DNA of 64,000 bases, from positions 124,001-188,000 of IMG/VR virus record IMGVR_UViG_3300023202_000383; one strand, 5' to 3'. The notes under the pieces were generated by a model. That model was not told where the DNA came from. It did not search any database and saw only the letters and a list, made by a program, of their open reading frames with translations. The stretch's first letter is position 1. Each line of letters starts with the position of its first letter. Positions 1-8,804 of the stretch are shown here, piece after piece. Position numbers and translations under genes: made by a program.

Positions 1-171
1 GGTAAGACCAGTCCTAAGACCTTAAAAGGTGCATCTAAGCAGATGCATGATTCTATGACAGAGAAAGAGCTTGAAGATTTCGCCAGGAAAGAGTCGTTTG
101 AATTGGCATTGGATACTGTTTTAGAATCAATAGGCTGATTTTTAGCACGCTCATGTCAATACACGTTTGAC

Positions 172-510
172 ATGAGCGTGCTAAAAAGAGCTGCAGTCGA
201 ATCAGAGGAAGGTTGGAGAGAGAAAGTTCTCCCAACTATGCCATTTATAAAATTCCCGGACGGCTGGGAAATAAAAATTATTCCACCTATTCAAGGTGCT
301 ACAACGAGGTTTATTGCAAAAATTGAGGGCATTGAGATATCGGTTTATTCAGATCATTTTGAAAACCTAGGCTGCTATGGTAAGCCGTATTGGGAAATAC
401 ACCCCATCGGTGGGGATGTTGCTAGATATGATTTGGACAAGCCAGATGAAATGATACTTGGAATATGCGAATCTGTAGTTGAACAAATGTCTAGAAAACA
501 GACGAAATGA
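172..510 (+). CDS. hypothetical protein
   Basis: 112-aa ORF in the co-directional gene run; no recognised motif. Confidence 0.7.
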   Translation: MSVLKRAAVESEEGWREKVLPTMPFIKFPDGWEIKIIPPIQGATTRFIAKIEGIEISVYSDHFENLGCYGKPYWEIHPIGGDVARYDLDKPDEMILGICESVVEQMSRKQTK

Positions 511-657
511 ATTGGATATTTAGAGTATTTACGCCGATGATGCGGCCAGACATATCACGCGCTCTAAGTGATCCAAGCACTATTGCTGCTTTCAAGAAAT
601 TCCAAAAATCTTTATGCGCCAACATAATAATGATCCCCCGATGCCCCTCAAATAAAA

Positions 658-1131
658 ATGCACATATTCAGCGCAGCAAATCGAAGGTCCCTTGAAGAAG
701 CGTCGGTTTTGGGCTTATGTTCAATTCGTGACGGAAAGATTGTAACGGACATAGATGGCCCACATTCTGACGCATTTGTGTGCTTTAGATTTGTCCTTAC
801 TAATGATGCCAAAATAGAAAAGATGGCATCAGATGTTGCTGCAAACATGGCATTCAAGGATATGACCGAGAGTCTCGTTCTTGGTTATAGAGGCAAGAGT
901 GTTGTGGATGTAGGATACTTTTATGCGCCACGTGTGTCACTCCATATCATCCCGGACGATGGTTTTGAATTTGTTTTGGGCGATACAATATTGGTTAATT
1001 CTGATTGTGATGGTTGGGTATTTTGTAAGTCAGGTAAAGTGATATCTCCATCACCATTTAATTTATATATCGAAGATTGCAATATGTTGTTGTCGTTGAT
1101 AAAAGAATATACTAATGAAGTCGGTGAATGA
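658..1131 (+). CDS. small protein containing a T4 gp23 (major capsid) C-terminal-like motif
   Basis: LVLGYRGKSVVDVGYFYAPRVSL resembles the gp23-family motif VGYKGxxxxDAGxxYAPYVxL; only 157 aa. Confidence 0.55.
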   Translation: MHIFSAANRRSLEEASVLGLCSIRDGKIVTDIDGPHSDAFVCFRFVLTNDAKIEKMASDVAANMAFKDMTESLVLGYRGKSVVDVGYFYAPRVSLHIIPDDGFEFVLGDTILVNSDCDGWVFCKSGKVISPSPFNLYIEDCNMLLSLIKEYTNEVGE

Positions 1132-1423
1132 TATGGATATGAGCGGAATTGATCTTAGATATAAGTCGGTTGATGGGTCTATGATTGCTGGGATCGTTGA
1201 TAAATATCTGAATTCAGTGTGGCCGAGGTTGGTTCTAGAAGAAGGCGGTCCGTGTGAATTGTTTTATTGGAAGTCGCATGAATCTAAAGTCAATGAAAAC
1301 TTTGCTGAAATGATTTATGTGATATGGGATGGCAACGAATGTATTGTAGTTGTTGAAAATGACATGGAAAATGCTATCAAAGAACTAATGAAGATTCACA
1401 TAAACTCAGTCAAACCCGCTTAA
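1115..1423 (+). CDS. hypothetical protein
   Basis: 102-aa ORF overlapping the upstream stop. Confidence 0.6.
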   Translation: MKSVNDMDMSGIDLRYKSVDGSMIAGIVDKYLNSVWPRLVLEEGGPCELFYWKSHESKVNENFAEMIYVIWDGNECIVVVENDMENAIKELMKIHINSVKPA

Positions 1424-1891
1424 TTTAGTCCATTTGTCAATCGCTAAGTATTTCCCCCAATGACCATGCATTTTCCCGGGTTTGCCGTGTTTTGTTATAG
1501 TTGTTGATGGTGTTATCAGAGCTTCGTCGGTATTATTTCGACCGTAGATTATCACTCCATTCTTATATCCTATTATATTTATTGCATCATCGATGATTTG
1601 TATTTGGTAATCGTTTACAAACAACCCATCATTGTCTATCTCGCTCCATTTGCCATACAATATTTTTATGTCTCCACACCAATCTCCATCATCTGCAAAG
1701 TCCAATGATAATCCATCGTCGTGAACAAATTCGTGCTTGATCTTAGTTAGCTTAGATTTTAAGGCGGCACTGCCTATGTCAATAAAATGTTGTTCTTTTA
1801 CTGGATATAATGGATCATTTAGTTTTGGGTCTCTAAATCCACTCCTCTGTGCCCACATAGCATAAAGCCAATTTGTGAGTTCTTGTTTCAT
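1406..1891 (-). CDS. hypothetical protein
   Basis: 161-aa ORF. Confidence 0.7.
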   Translation of the reverse strand: MKQELTNWLYAMWAQRSGFRDPKLNDPLYPVKEQHFIDIGSAALKSKLTKIKHEFVHDDGLSLDFADDGDWCGDIKILYGKWSEIDNDGLFVNDYQIQIIDDAINIIGYKNGVIIYGRNNTDEALITPSTTITKHGKPGKMHGHWGKYLAIDKWTKLSGFD

Positions 1892-2109
1892 CTTATTTTA
1901 TATACCATAATGACAAGAAAATATAAAGTAGAATGTTTTCGGCAATCAAATCATTCTTTAAAAAACGAAAATCTATTGCAAATAAGTCTACCCCAAAGGG
2001 CATGTCAAAAGTTATTGTTGTTGAATTCAAAAAAGATAAGATATATAAGTCAGTCAAATATGTCAAGCGCGACAATTTATAAAGCAGTTACTTGATGTCA
2101 CTGTAGGGA

Positions 2110-2475
2110 GTGAAAAAGCCATATCAATACGTTCTTGAATATAGAGGGATCGAGCTAGTTTATGTGCGTGATCTTGCGTTTGGGAATTATCAAGAGATCG
2201 TGCGTTTAGAAGATCCAACGGTTAAAATTGATCGCGAATTGTATTATTTAGTTTGCTTCTTAGTTGATGGAAGAGCACCAGACTCATCTCGATCAGACAC
2301 GCATGTTGCATATGTATTAGTGGATAACAATGAATATTATGAAGCAAGTTATTTGGCCCATCATTTACTTAAGGGATCTAGGTTGTTGAAAGGCATTAAA
2401 TATCACGACACATCACATGAACTCATAATAGCGTGTAAAGACGCTATCGATAAGCATATAGAGTCTATTGCATAG
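2110..2475 (+). CDS. hypothetical protein
   Basis: 121-aa ORF, GTG start preceded by AGGGA. Confidence 0.65.
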   Translation: MKKPYQYVLEYRGIELVYVRDLAFGNYQEIVRLEDPTVKIDRELYYLVCFLVDGRAPDSSRSDTHVAYVLVDNNEYYEASYLAHHLLKGSRLLKGIKYHDTSHELIIACKDAIDKHIESIA

Positions 2476-2998
2476 ACTCCAAATAAAATTGCACAGCTTT
2501 ATCTAACGTTTCTTTATCATATTTATATAATCTGAAGTCTGGTCGACAAATTTTGTTCGGATGTGGCCTCCACCACCCGACTTTTTCACCGTAAGCCTTT
2601 GGTGTTGTAGTGTAAAATGACCCATCATATATGACAAATTCTAAATCATCGAAGGCTTTTATCATTGTGAGAAAGCAGATAGTTGCATTTGGTCTTGAGA
2701 TATTGTAGTCTATTCTATCTTCTATTACAGATACAGTATCTAGTACCTCAGCATCCGATATCAGATTGCCCCTAATCTTGATCCCCCTATATACATACGT
2801 TATATATTTATTAACGTTTTCAAAGTCCCTCCATAATTTATTTGCAATCCTCATCTCTCTAAAGTATATTAAATGCGAAACCAACAATCTTACCAATTGG
2901 AGACTACGATGGAATCGCAACCAATGACGGACAGACCACAATCTAATTCTGAGCGCTATATTGAGAGAATAAATGTTCAAAAATGTATAGTTGCACAA
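2465..2998 (-). CDS. hypothetical protein (true start probably internal, near 2854)
   Basis: 177-aa ORF whose 5' part overlaps a + strand gene. Confidence 0.55.
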   Translation of the reverse strand: MCNYTFLNIYSLNIALRIRLWSVRHWLRFHRSLQLVRLLVSHLIYFREMRIANKLWRDFENVNKYITYVYRGIKIRGNLISDAEVLDTVSVIEDRIDYNISRPNATICFLTMIKAFDDLEFVIYDGSFYTTTPKAYGEKVGWWRPHPNKICRPDFRLYKYDKETLDKAVQFYLESMQ

Positions 2999-3193
2999 TG
3001 CAGGTTAAATGTTTCCGCTATTTCAGACGAATTAGACATGAATTTAAACGGGAGTGGTAGAGATAATGTTGAATGCGAAGAAGGGGATTGCAAAGATGGC
3101 GAGCCAACTAGCGTAAATATTGCCATATCCAAATTAGAGCAGGAAGTTGAAAGGTTGTCAAAACATATTGAAGCCTTGAGAGAAATTATATAA
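2873..3193 (+). CDS. hypothetical protein with C-terminal coiled coil
   Basis: 106-aa ORF; heptad-like C-terminus. Confidence 0.55.
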   Translation: MRNQQSYQLETTMESQPMTDRPQSNSERYIERINVQKCIVAQCRLNVSAISDELDMNLNGSGRDNVECEEGDCKDGEPTSVNIAISKLEQEVERLSKHIEALREII

Positions 3194-3238
3194 TTTTCGC
3201 CTGGTTAAGCTTGATGCACTGATGCATAAGGAAGACCA

Positions 3239-3517
3239 GTGGTGGAAAACACAGAACGAGTAAGATGGTACCACGTAGTTTCTAGTTTATCGGGTGGCGA
3301 CGCTGTATTGATCGTTGGTGTGTTTGTGCTTATAAGTGCCTTGATGGGTTTTGAATATGAGACTCCGATCGATGCTGTTTGGAATCTAGCGTTTTGTGCA
3401 GTTGGTTGGCAGATTGGTGGTCTTTTTAAGTGGAGAATGGGGACCCACCCGCATTTCAAATATAATTCAGATGGCAACCTATCTGGATCCGAGGAAGAAG
3501 AAGACGAAGAAGCGTAA
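3239..3517 (+). CDS. small membrane protein with acidic tail
   Basis: two hydrophobic segments and a SEEEEDEEA tail; AGGAAG upstream. Confidence 0.6.
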   Translation: MVENTERVRWYHVVSSLSGGDAVLIVGVFVLISALMGFEYETPIDAVWNLAFCAVGWQIGGLFKWRMGTHPHFKYNSDGNLSGSEEEEDEEA

Positions 3518-3710
3518 GTCTAAAGATAGGCTTAAGCGCAGAAAACCATGGCCATATCGGTTTGCTAGAAAGCCCAATATCGGGTTTGTATCGCAAGCTG
3601 GTCCTGGGTTCGCTGGCGGTGGGTTGGTGGGTGGTGGTTCGTACGCCGCAGCAGTTGGCGAAAGCTATATTAAAAAGCTTGATGATGTATTGTTGTCACC
3701 AATCTCTTAA
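3471..3710 (+). CDS. small basic, Gly-rich protein
   Basis: ATG at 3471 within ORF 3396..3710; RKKKTKKRKSK and GGGLVGGG. Confidence 0.5.
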   Translation: MATYLDPRKKKTKKRKSKDRLKRRKPWPYRFARKPNIGFVSQAGPGFAGGGLVGGGSYAAAVGESYIKKLDDVLLSPIS

Positions 3711-3723
3711 CGCATAATACGTT

Positions 3724-4101
3724 GTGAACCACAAAAGAGTGCATGTTGTTGAATTTTCTGATTCACCAGATGGTGAAGTTCTGTCAGTCAATGTCATTAG
3801 TACCGTAGCTATAGATTATAAAAATATGAGGCTTTGTGATGATATCGACAACCCAGATTTTACTCCGGCATTTAGGATAATGGTTAGACTACGAAGGAGA
3901 GATGTATCGATACAAGCTCAATTAATCGTAGCACCAGATGTATGGTATCAGGAAGATATTTCAACACAATTTTCATACTCACATTCACATCAAAAGAATG
4001 ACATGATATTTGAAGGTGAAGATGCGATGTCGAATGGCGAGAGAAAATGGATAGAAAATTGCATTCAAAGGTATATTGATAGTGCTATATGTAAATCATA
4101 A
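3724..4101 (+). CDS. hypothetical protein
   Basis: 125-aa ORF. Confidence 0.65.
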   Translation: MNHKRVHVVEFSDSPDGEVLSVNVISTVAIDYKNMRLCDDIDNPDFTPAFRIMVRLRRRDVSIQAQLIVAPDVWYQEDISTQFSYSHSHQKNDMIFEGEDAMSNGERKWIENCIQRYIDSAICKS

Positions 4102-4459
4102 CAAATATATTAAAGTGGAGGAGGATAGGTTCAATTCGTTTATTGATGGTTATAGACCAAATATCATAACTGGGCCAAATGGTGCTCCGGAGATAGAGGT
4201 CATAGATATAGTCCATATATCGAACAATAGGGCATATTATGGTGCAGATAAGCCGGGTGTCATCCCGTGGGTGTTGATGTCAATAAAGATACCAAATAGG
4301 GTTTACATAATAACAGATGGTGATAAGTGGGCATATGTCAGGCTGTCGATCTTCGGTTTATTATTGCCAGACAATGTTGATATTGAATTGAATCAGAAAG
4401 ATAGAGCGATAATTATAGGTGAGATGTTGCAATTTTCTGATAGTGTTCTAGCCATATGA
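4076..4459 (+). CDS. hypothetical protein
   Basis: 127-aa ORF. Confidence 0.6.
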   Translation: MIVLYVNHNKYIKVEEDRFNSFIDGYRPNIITGPNGAPEIEVIDIVHISNNRAYYGADKPGVIPWVLMSIKIPNRVYIITDGDKWAYVRLSIFGLLLPDNVDIELNQKDRAIIIGEMLQFSDSVLAI

Positions 4460-4493
4460 TTTCTCTCATCTTTGGCTTGTTGCAAGATAAGAT

Positions 4494-4718
4494 ATGAAAA
4501 CGGAAGACCTAAAAATTGGCAAAAGCGTTAGTTATATTTTTAGGGCTGTTGTGCCGTACAAGACGACCGGAATTGGGCACGGAAAAGTTGTTTCATTTGA
4601 CAATGACACTGTTTGTTTAGTTGATTCTGTTGGAGATCAATATTTGCATTTTGTTCCAATGCACGAGGTTTTTGATGCACAGCATCAAGCCGAAATGTTT
4701 ATTAAAAATGAAGAATAA
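4494..4718 (+). CDS. hypothetical protein
   Basis: 74-aa ORF. Confidence 0.6.
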   Translation: MKTEDLKIGKSVSYIFRAVVPYKTTGIGHGKVVSFDNDTVCLVDSVGDQYLHFVPMHEVFDAQHQAEMFIKNEE

Positions 4719-4786
4719 TTTCTGGCATCGAAACAATGTGCCATCGGTGCAAAGATAATATCGAACGTATTGTAAAAACAGAACAA

Positions 4787-4913
4787 TGATCCAGTTACAT
4801 ATGCCATCCATCCTCTCGCCCAGAACCTCAACGAGGTCACGCCTGTCTTCTATAAAAAGGCTATGCGTACTCGTCGGTCGCGGGACAGAGGGTAAGCATA
4901 TGTAACTGGATCA
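4787..4913 (+). ncRNA. candidate structured ncRNA closed by a perfect 18-bp stem
   Basis: TGATCCAGTTACATATGC (4787-4804) is the exact reverse complement of 4896-4913; internal hairpins; intergenic; followed by a terminator-like hairpin. Confidence 0.5.
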
Positions 4914-4935
4914 CCAAGCATTGAGAGCGGCACGT

Positions 4936-4976
4936 AACGCCCGGTGATCCAGAAGGTCACCGGGCGTTTGTTATTT
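4936..4976 (+). terminator. intrinsic terminator-like hairpin
   Basis: AACGCCCGGTGA / TCACCGGGCGTT 12-bp stem followed by TGTTATTTT. Confidence 0.6.
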
Positions 4977-5037
4977 TAGGAGGCAATGATGACTAGCGTT
5001 GAACGATTCCCTTAGTTATCTAACTAAGGAGAGTCGA

Positions 5038-5253
5038 ATGACAGACGAGAGAGTAAAAGAATGGCGATGGCTAAGACACCCAAAGACTACGCAAGAAAGG
5101 AGAGCCAATCAAGACAGAAATGGTGGGTATCATAGGCCGAGGAGAAGAAAACAGAATGTGCCTTGTGCTTATGATGATATTCATGTTTCTTGTTTAGATG
5201 ACAAATGCTGGAAAAGATGGCGTAAGACCCAATACTATCCAGTAGACATGTAA
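5038..5253 (+). CDS. small basic phage protein (PKTTQERR motif)
   Basis: ATG 5038 with AAGGAG Shine-Dalgarno (SD); Arg-rich. Confidence 0.65.
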   Translation: MTDERVKEWRWLRHPKTTQERRANQDRNGGYHRPRRRKQNVPCAYDDIHVSCLDDKCWKRWRKTQYYPVDM

Positions 5254-5257
5254 ATAG

Positions 5258-5340
5258 GCGGGTGTGGCGGAACGGAAGACGCGGCAGGTTTAGGTCCTGC
5301 TGACCGCAAGGTCGTGGAGGTTCGACTCCTCTCACCCGTA
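5258..5340 (+). tRNA. tRNA-Leu(TAG)
   Basis: cloverleaf GCGGGTG/CACCCGT; anticodon arm GCAGG-TTTAGGT-CCTGC; long variable arm. Confidence 0.92.
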
Positions 5341-5348
5341 TTCGGATG

Positions 5349-5399
5349 ATTCGCACCTTAGATCAAATATAAGAAGGAGTATAGATCTGAGGTGCGAAT
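5349..5399 (+). promoter_or_regulatory. hairpin sequestering the SD of the endonuclease gene
   Basis: ATTCGCACCTTAGATC pairs with GATCTGAGGTGCGAAT (16 bp, one G-U), covering GAGGTG 5389-5394 just before ATG 5400. Confidence 0.6.
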
Positions 5400-6062
5400 A
5401 TGGCTGCAAAAATTGATGAAACAATTGTAAAAAAGATTATAAAATTAAGGCAAAATGGAGAACCGGTAAAAAGAATAGCAAAAATTGTTGGATGTTCCAG
5501 TAGCACTGCGTCAAAATATTGTCAAGATGTAAATATCGACAATATTGACAGACACAATAAGATTTGCAACGATACAAAAAGAGAAAATGCATTGGCAGCA
5601 AGCGATGTTGCTAGAGAAAAGTGGCGGCAAAGAAGGGATGAGGTAAAGCGGGCTGCTAAATCTGAATGGAATGAGATAAAAAGTGATCCTCTTATGGTTG
5701 CATTTTTAGGATTATATGCTGGTGAAGGTAAAAAGACAACGTCAACGATAGGAATATCCAACAATGACCCAAGAATTATAAGACTGTCACTAAAAGCAAT
5801 TAGGAAATTGGATCCTAATAAAACATTGTCAGCCAGGGTGGTTTATTACGAGTCACACAACCCAGACGAATGCATGAAGTTTTGGCGAGAGATTTTTGAT
5901 GAGAACGTCAAAATAAAATTGGTTAAAAATTCAGACAATAGGTGCCAAAATTTGTCAGAGCCGCATAAACGGTGCACATTTGGGAGATGTGATCTGGAAT
6001 ACAATAAGTTCCGAACTTATTGGCGAATAATGCAGTGGATTGACTGCATGTATGATATGTGA
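5400..6062 (+). CDS. HTH plus LAGLIDADG-like endonuclease family protein
   Basis: N-terminal HTH (VKRIAKIVGCSSSTASKY); FLGLYAGEGKK motif followed by ISNNDP; located between tRNAs. Confidence 0.6.
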   Translation: MAAKIDETIVKKIIKLRQNGEPVKRIAKIVGCSSSTASKYCQDVNIDNIDRHNKICNDTKRENALAASDVAREKWRQRRDEVKRAAKSEWNEIKSDPLMVAFLGLYAGEGKKTTSTIGISNNDPRIIRLSLKAIRKLDPNKTLSARVVYYESHNPDECMKFWREIFDENVKIKLVKNSDNRCQNLSEPHKRCTFGRCDLEYNKFRTYWRIMQWIDCMYDM

Positions 6063-6199
6063 TCTTTTGAAAGTTAATAACCGTGATCACTTGCTTAGGT
6101 AGAGCCGCAGCCCACTAAAGTAGCCGTGTTGCGTACGGCAGCCGAAGTAGGTGTCTACTGGTGGTCAGAGCCCAATATGATGGGTGGCCACCAGTATCA

Positions 6200-6273
6200 G
6201 CCCCTGTCGTCTAGTTTGGTTAGGACGTCGCCCTCTCACGGCGAAAACGCTGGTTCAAATCCAGTCAGGGGTA
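6200..6273 (+). tRNA. tRNA-Glu(CTC)
   Basis: anticodon arm TCGCC-CTCTCAC-GGCGA; GCCCCTG/CAGGGGT acceptor. Confidence 0.92.
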
Positions 6274-6278
6274 TTATT

Positions 6279-6365
6279 GGAAGAGTGGCCGAGCGGTAAG
6301 GCAGCAGTTTGCTAAACTGTAATAGGGGTAATTCTCTATCGCGGGTTCGATTCCCGCCTCTTCCG
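6279..6365 (+). tRNA. tRNA-Ser(GCT)
   Basis: loop TTGCTAA; long variable arm; G73. Confidence 0.92.
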
Positions 6366-6370
6366 TTTAT

Positions 6371-6457
6371 GGAATCGTGGCAGAGAGGCTGAATGCGTCG
6401 TCTTGGAAAGGCGATATGCACTTTTGTGCATCATGGGTTCGAATCCCATCGATTCCG
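6371..6457 (+). tRNA. tRNA-Ser(GGA)
   Basis: loop TTGGAAA; long variable arm; G73. Confidence 0.92.
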
Positions 6458-6482
6458 TTCCAAATATATCGAGGAGGAGAAG

Positions 6483-6563
6483 ATGGGGGAAATGTGGTTA
6501 TATGTCAGAGCGTTTTTTGACATGTTTTTTAAGTTCATAAAGGACGTCTTTGGGTCAAGATGA
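6483..6563 (+). CDS. 26-aa amphipathic peptide MGEMWLYVRAFFDMFFKFIKDVFGSR
   Basis: strong GAGGAGG SD and AAATATA motif upstream; below the ORF-track size cut-off. Confidence 0.45.
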   Translation: MGEMWLYVRAFFDMFFKFIKDVFGSR

Positions 6564-6657
6564 CGTCTCGTTGGCTTCCCTTTGCCTTTGGAGGTTAATA
6601 GGGTGTCCAGACCTATCCCAGAAAAGACCGCAAAAGAGAGCCCTTCCGGGCCTTACA

Positions 6658-6729
6658 GACCCCGTAGCTTAATGGGCAAAGCATCGGTTTCCGGAACCGA
6701 CGATGCGGGTTCAATTCTTGCCGGGGTTA
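6658..6729 (+). tRNA. tRNA-Arg(CCG)
   Basis: TCGGT-TTCCGGA-ACCGA anticodon arm; GACCCCG/CGGGGTT acceptor. Confidence 0.88.
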
Positions 6730-7259
6730 TTGATAAACATGTTAGGGATAAATCGGTAGCAATAATAGGAAATAGTAATTCTATATTTAATGGCAATTAT
6801 GGAGATACAATAGATTCTCATGATATAATTATTAGGATTAATAGGGGGCATGAGATAGAAAGCCCTAAATCCCAAGGATCAAAAACTGATATTTTGTCAA
6901 TATCTATCCCAATACCAGAAAAGCTAGTAACACCGATAATGCCTGAACTAGTAATATGGGCCACAAACAAGATTGGCAATATGCCGAAGTATAACAATAT
7001 AGTTATGGTCAGGAATAGTGACAGTGCATGGAAAAAGCTCTTTGACCAAATCGGATCGAGACCATCTACCGGCTTGATCACAATAAATCTGTTTGCTAAT
7101 TATATGAATTGTAAGAACATATCATTATTTGGATTCGATTTTTTTAAAACAAAGACGTTCTATCATACAGATAGGCGAATAAAGATGCCGCATGACGGCA
7201 AATCAGAGGAAGCATTCGTTAGAAAATTGGTTGGTCGGAAAAACCTAATGCTCTATTGA
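6729..7259 (+). CDS. glycosyltransferase family 29 (sialyltransferase)-like protein; start codon uncertain
   Basis: VAIIGNS...IDSHDIIIRIN...GSKTD (L-motif-like) and RPSTGLITI...FGFDFF (S-motif-like); ORF-track 5' part is the tRNA. Confidence 0.7.
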   Translation: MDKHVRDKSVAIIGNSNSIFNGNYGDTIDSHDIIIRINRGHEIESPKSQGSKTDILSISIPIPEKLVTPIMPELVIWATNKIGNMPKYNNIVMVRNSDSAWKKLFDQIGSRPSTGLITINLFANYMNCKNISLFGFDFFKTKTFYHTDRRIKMPHDGKSEEAFVRKLVGRKNLMLY

Positions 7260-7923
7260 ATTCTACCCCACCTGCCAGTTTAAACCATTGTTCCGCTGCA
7301 GGTGTCCATTCCTCTAAAGTAGTATTCTTACTTCTCTTGGTGAGATTTTGTTTTCTCAATGCTTCGTCTACTACAATGCTTGGGTCGATATGTTGAATGC
7401 CGAGAAACTCGACAATTCTGATAACTTCAGACATTGCTGTCGATTCATTTGTGATTGATTCGAATTTACATGGTAAATATTTAGATTCCATCCATCCGAT
7501 ATTCAGTTTTGCATGATTTAATATATAATTACCGCACCGCTTGATTGAATCAAGGTGATTTTTGAATTTACCACCCTGAGTGAGTCGGTGTCTACGCCAT
7601 GACAAAATGCAGTGGCGGAGTTCTCTATGCATAAATATAACTTTGCAATCTGATAATTGATTATGACACTGATATTGCACATGGCCGATACTGAATCCGT
7701 TTTCTGGTATCGCGTCTATTGACTCGCTGAGCGATCGTTTTATGGAACCATATTTTCCTTGCTCTTTTAGTTTGGCCATCTGCTCCAAACTATTGATACC
7801 TTTATTTACAATATATCGATCTTCTCTCACATGATGGCCGGTCCAATTAAGACCTAGTATGTCAAGATACTGGCACATTAGGTATGTACCTGATTTTGGG
7901 ATTGATGTTACGAATGCTTTCAT
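7219..7923 (-). CDS. sulfotransferase-like protein
   Basis: SIPKSGTYLM 5'-PSB-like loop; ATG 7923 overlaps the upstream TGA. Confidence 0.65.
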   Translation of the reverse strand: MKAFVTSIPKSGTYLMCQYLDILGLNWTGHHVREDRYIVNKGINSLEQMAKLKEQGKYGSIKRSLSESIDAIPENGFSIGHVQYQCHNQLSDCKVIFMHRELRHCILSWRRHRLTQGGKFKNHLDSIKRCGNYILNHAKLNIGWMESKYLPCKFESITNESTAMSEVIRIVEFLGIQHIDPSIVVDEALRKQNLTKRSKNTTLEEWTPAAEQWFKLAGGVEFNRALGFSDQPIF

Positions 7924-8537
7924 TTTGTTATCATTGCATTGCCGCATTCTAATGCAGCAAACTTCATGGAATAATCGTTGCTACAGAATTCCATAACTGC
8001 TTTTGTGCAACCTGGAAAATTTCCGCCTTTAGGCCACGGTCCAAAATCATCGATTATTATAATGCCGTGATCAACCATTCTTGGATAAAAGTATTCTAGC
8101 GATTGTTTTGTTGGATGATATAGATCAACATCAATATGAACGAAGCTGTACTTTTCTGTGTCTGATTGTTCAAAGACTTCTGGGATCCAGCCTTTGTGGA
8201 CGCTGATGTTGTCGGCCTCTTTAAGAACCCATTTTAGGTTATCAACTGATGATTTGAATTGGCCTTTTTTGCTTTTTGGGATGCGGTCTTTATCAGACGG
8301 CATGCTAAGGCCTTTAAATGAATCAAATATGTCGAATTGGCAATAATTCAAATAGTTTGATATTAAGTATGATGATAATCCTTTATAGCATCCAGCCTCC
8401 GCTATATTGCCATAGGGACACAAGCGAGCTATCTGGATCATATTGTAAAACCTTCGTCTCCTACGAGACAGATCCGGCATATTAGTCAGAGCGATAGCTC
8501 TGTCATATATTGTATTAAATTCGCTGAAAGGATGCAT
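7920..8537 (-). CDS. TylF/MycF-family O-methyltransferase
   Basis: IAEAGCYKGLS, FDSFKGL, KGWIPEVF, HIDVDLY, IIIIDDFG motifs. Confidence 0.85.
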   Translation of the reverse strand: MHPFSEFNTIYDRAIALTNMPDLSRRRRRFYNMIQIARLCPYGNIAEAGCYKGLSSYLISNYLNYCQFDIFDSFKGLSMPSDKDRIPKSKKGQFKSSVDNLKWVLKEADNISVHKGWIPEVFEQSDTEKYSFVHIDVDLYHPTKQSLEYFYPRMVDHGIIIIDDFGPWPKGGNFPGCTKAVMEFCSNDYSMKFAALECGNAMITK

Positions 8538-8556
8538 ATTTTATTTTTGTGATGAT

Positions 8557-8643
8557 GGTGGGATGGCAGAGCGGCTGAATGCGTTGGTTTTGAAAACCAA
8601 TAACGATTAACTTCGTTCGTGGGTTCGAATCCCACTCCCACCT
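8557..8643 (+). tRNA. tRNA-Ser(TGA)
   Basis: TTGGT-TTTGAAA-ACCAA; long variable arm. Confidence 0.9.
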
Positions 8644-8689
8644 TTTCTGCCCATTCTGCTGCCAAGGTCCTTACGCTCCCCCAAGTGAA

Positions 8690-8764
8690 TTAGCCCCGCT
8701 CGGCCTCGAACCGAGTTTTCCGGATTTAAAGCCCGGCGTGCTAACCAGGTACACTACGGGGCCA
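8690..8764 (-). tRNA. ochre-suppressor-type tRNA, anticodon TTA
   Basis: minus strand (T)GGCCCCG-TA-GTGT-ACCTGGTTA-GCAC-G-CCGGG-CTTTAAA-TCCGG-AAAA-CTCGG-TTCGAGG-CCGAG-CGGGGCT(A)-A. Confidence 0.85.
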
Positions 8765-8804
8765 CTTCCCGGACCAAGGATGACGTCCAGCAGGATGGGT
8801 ATTT

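Noticed and set aside
4787-4913. Retron msr-msd
   Set aside because: The inverted repeat fits a1/a2, but there is no reverse transcriptase in the window.
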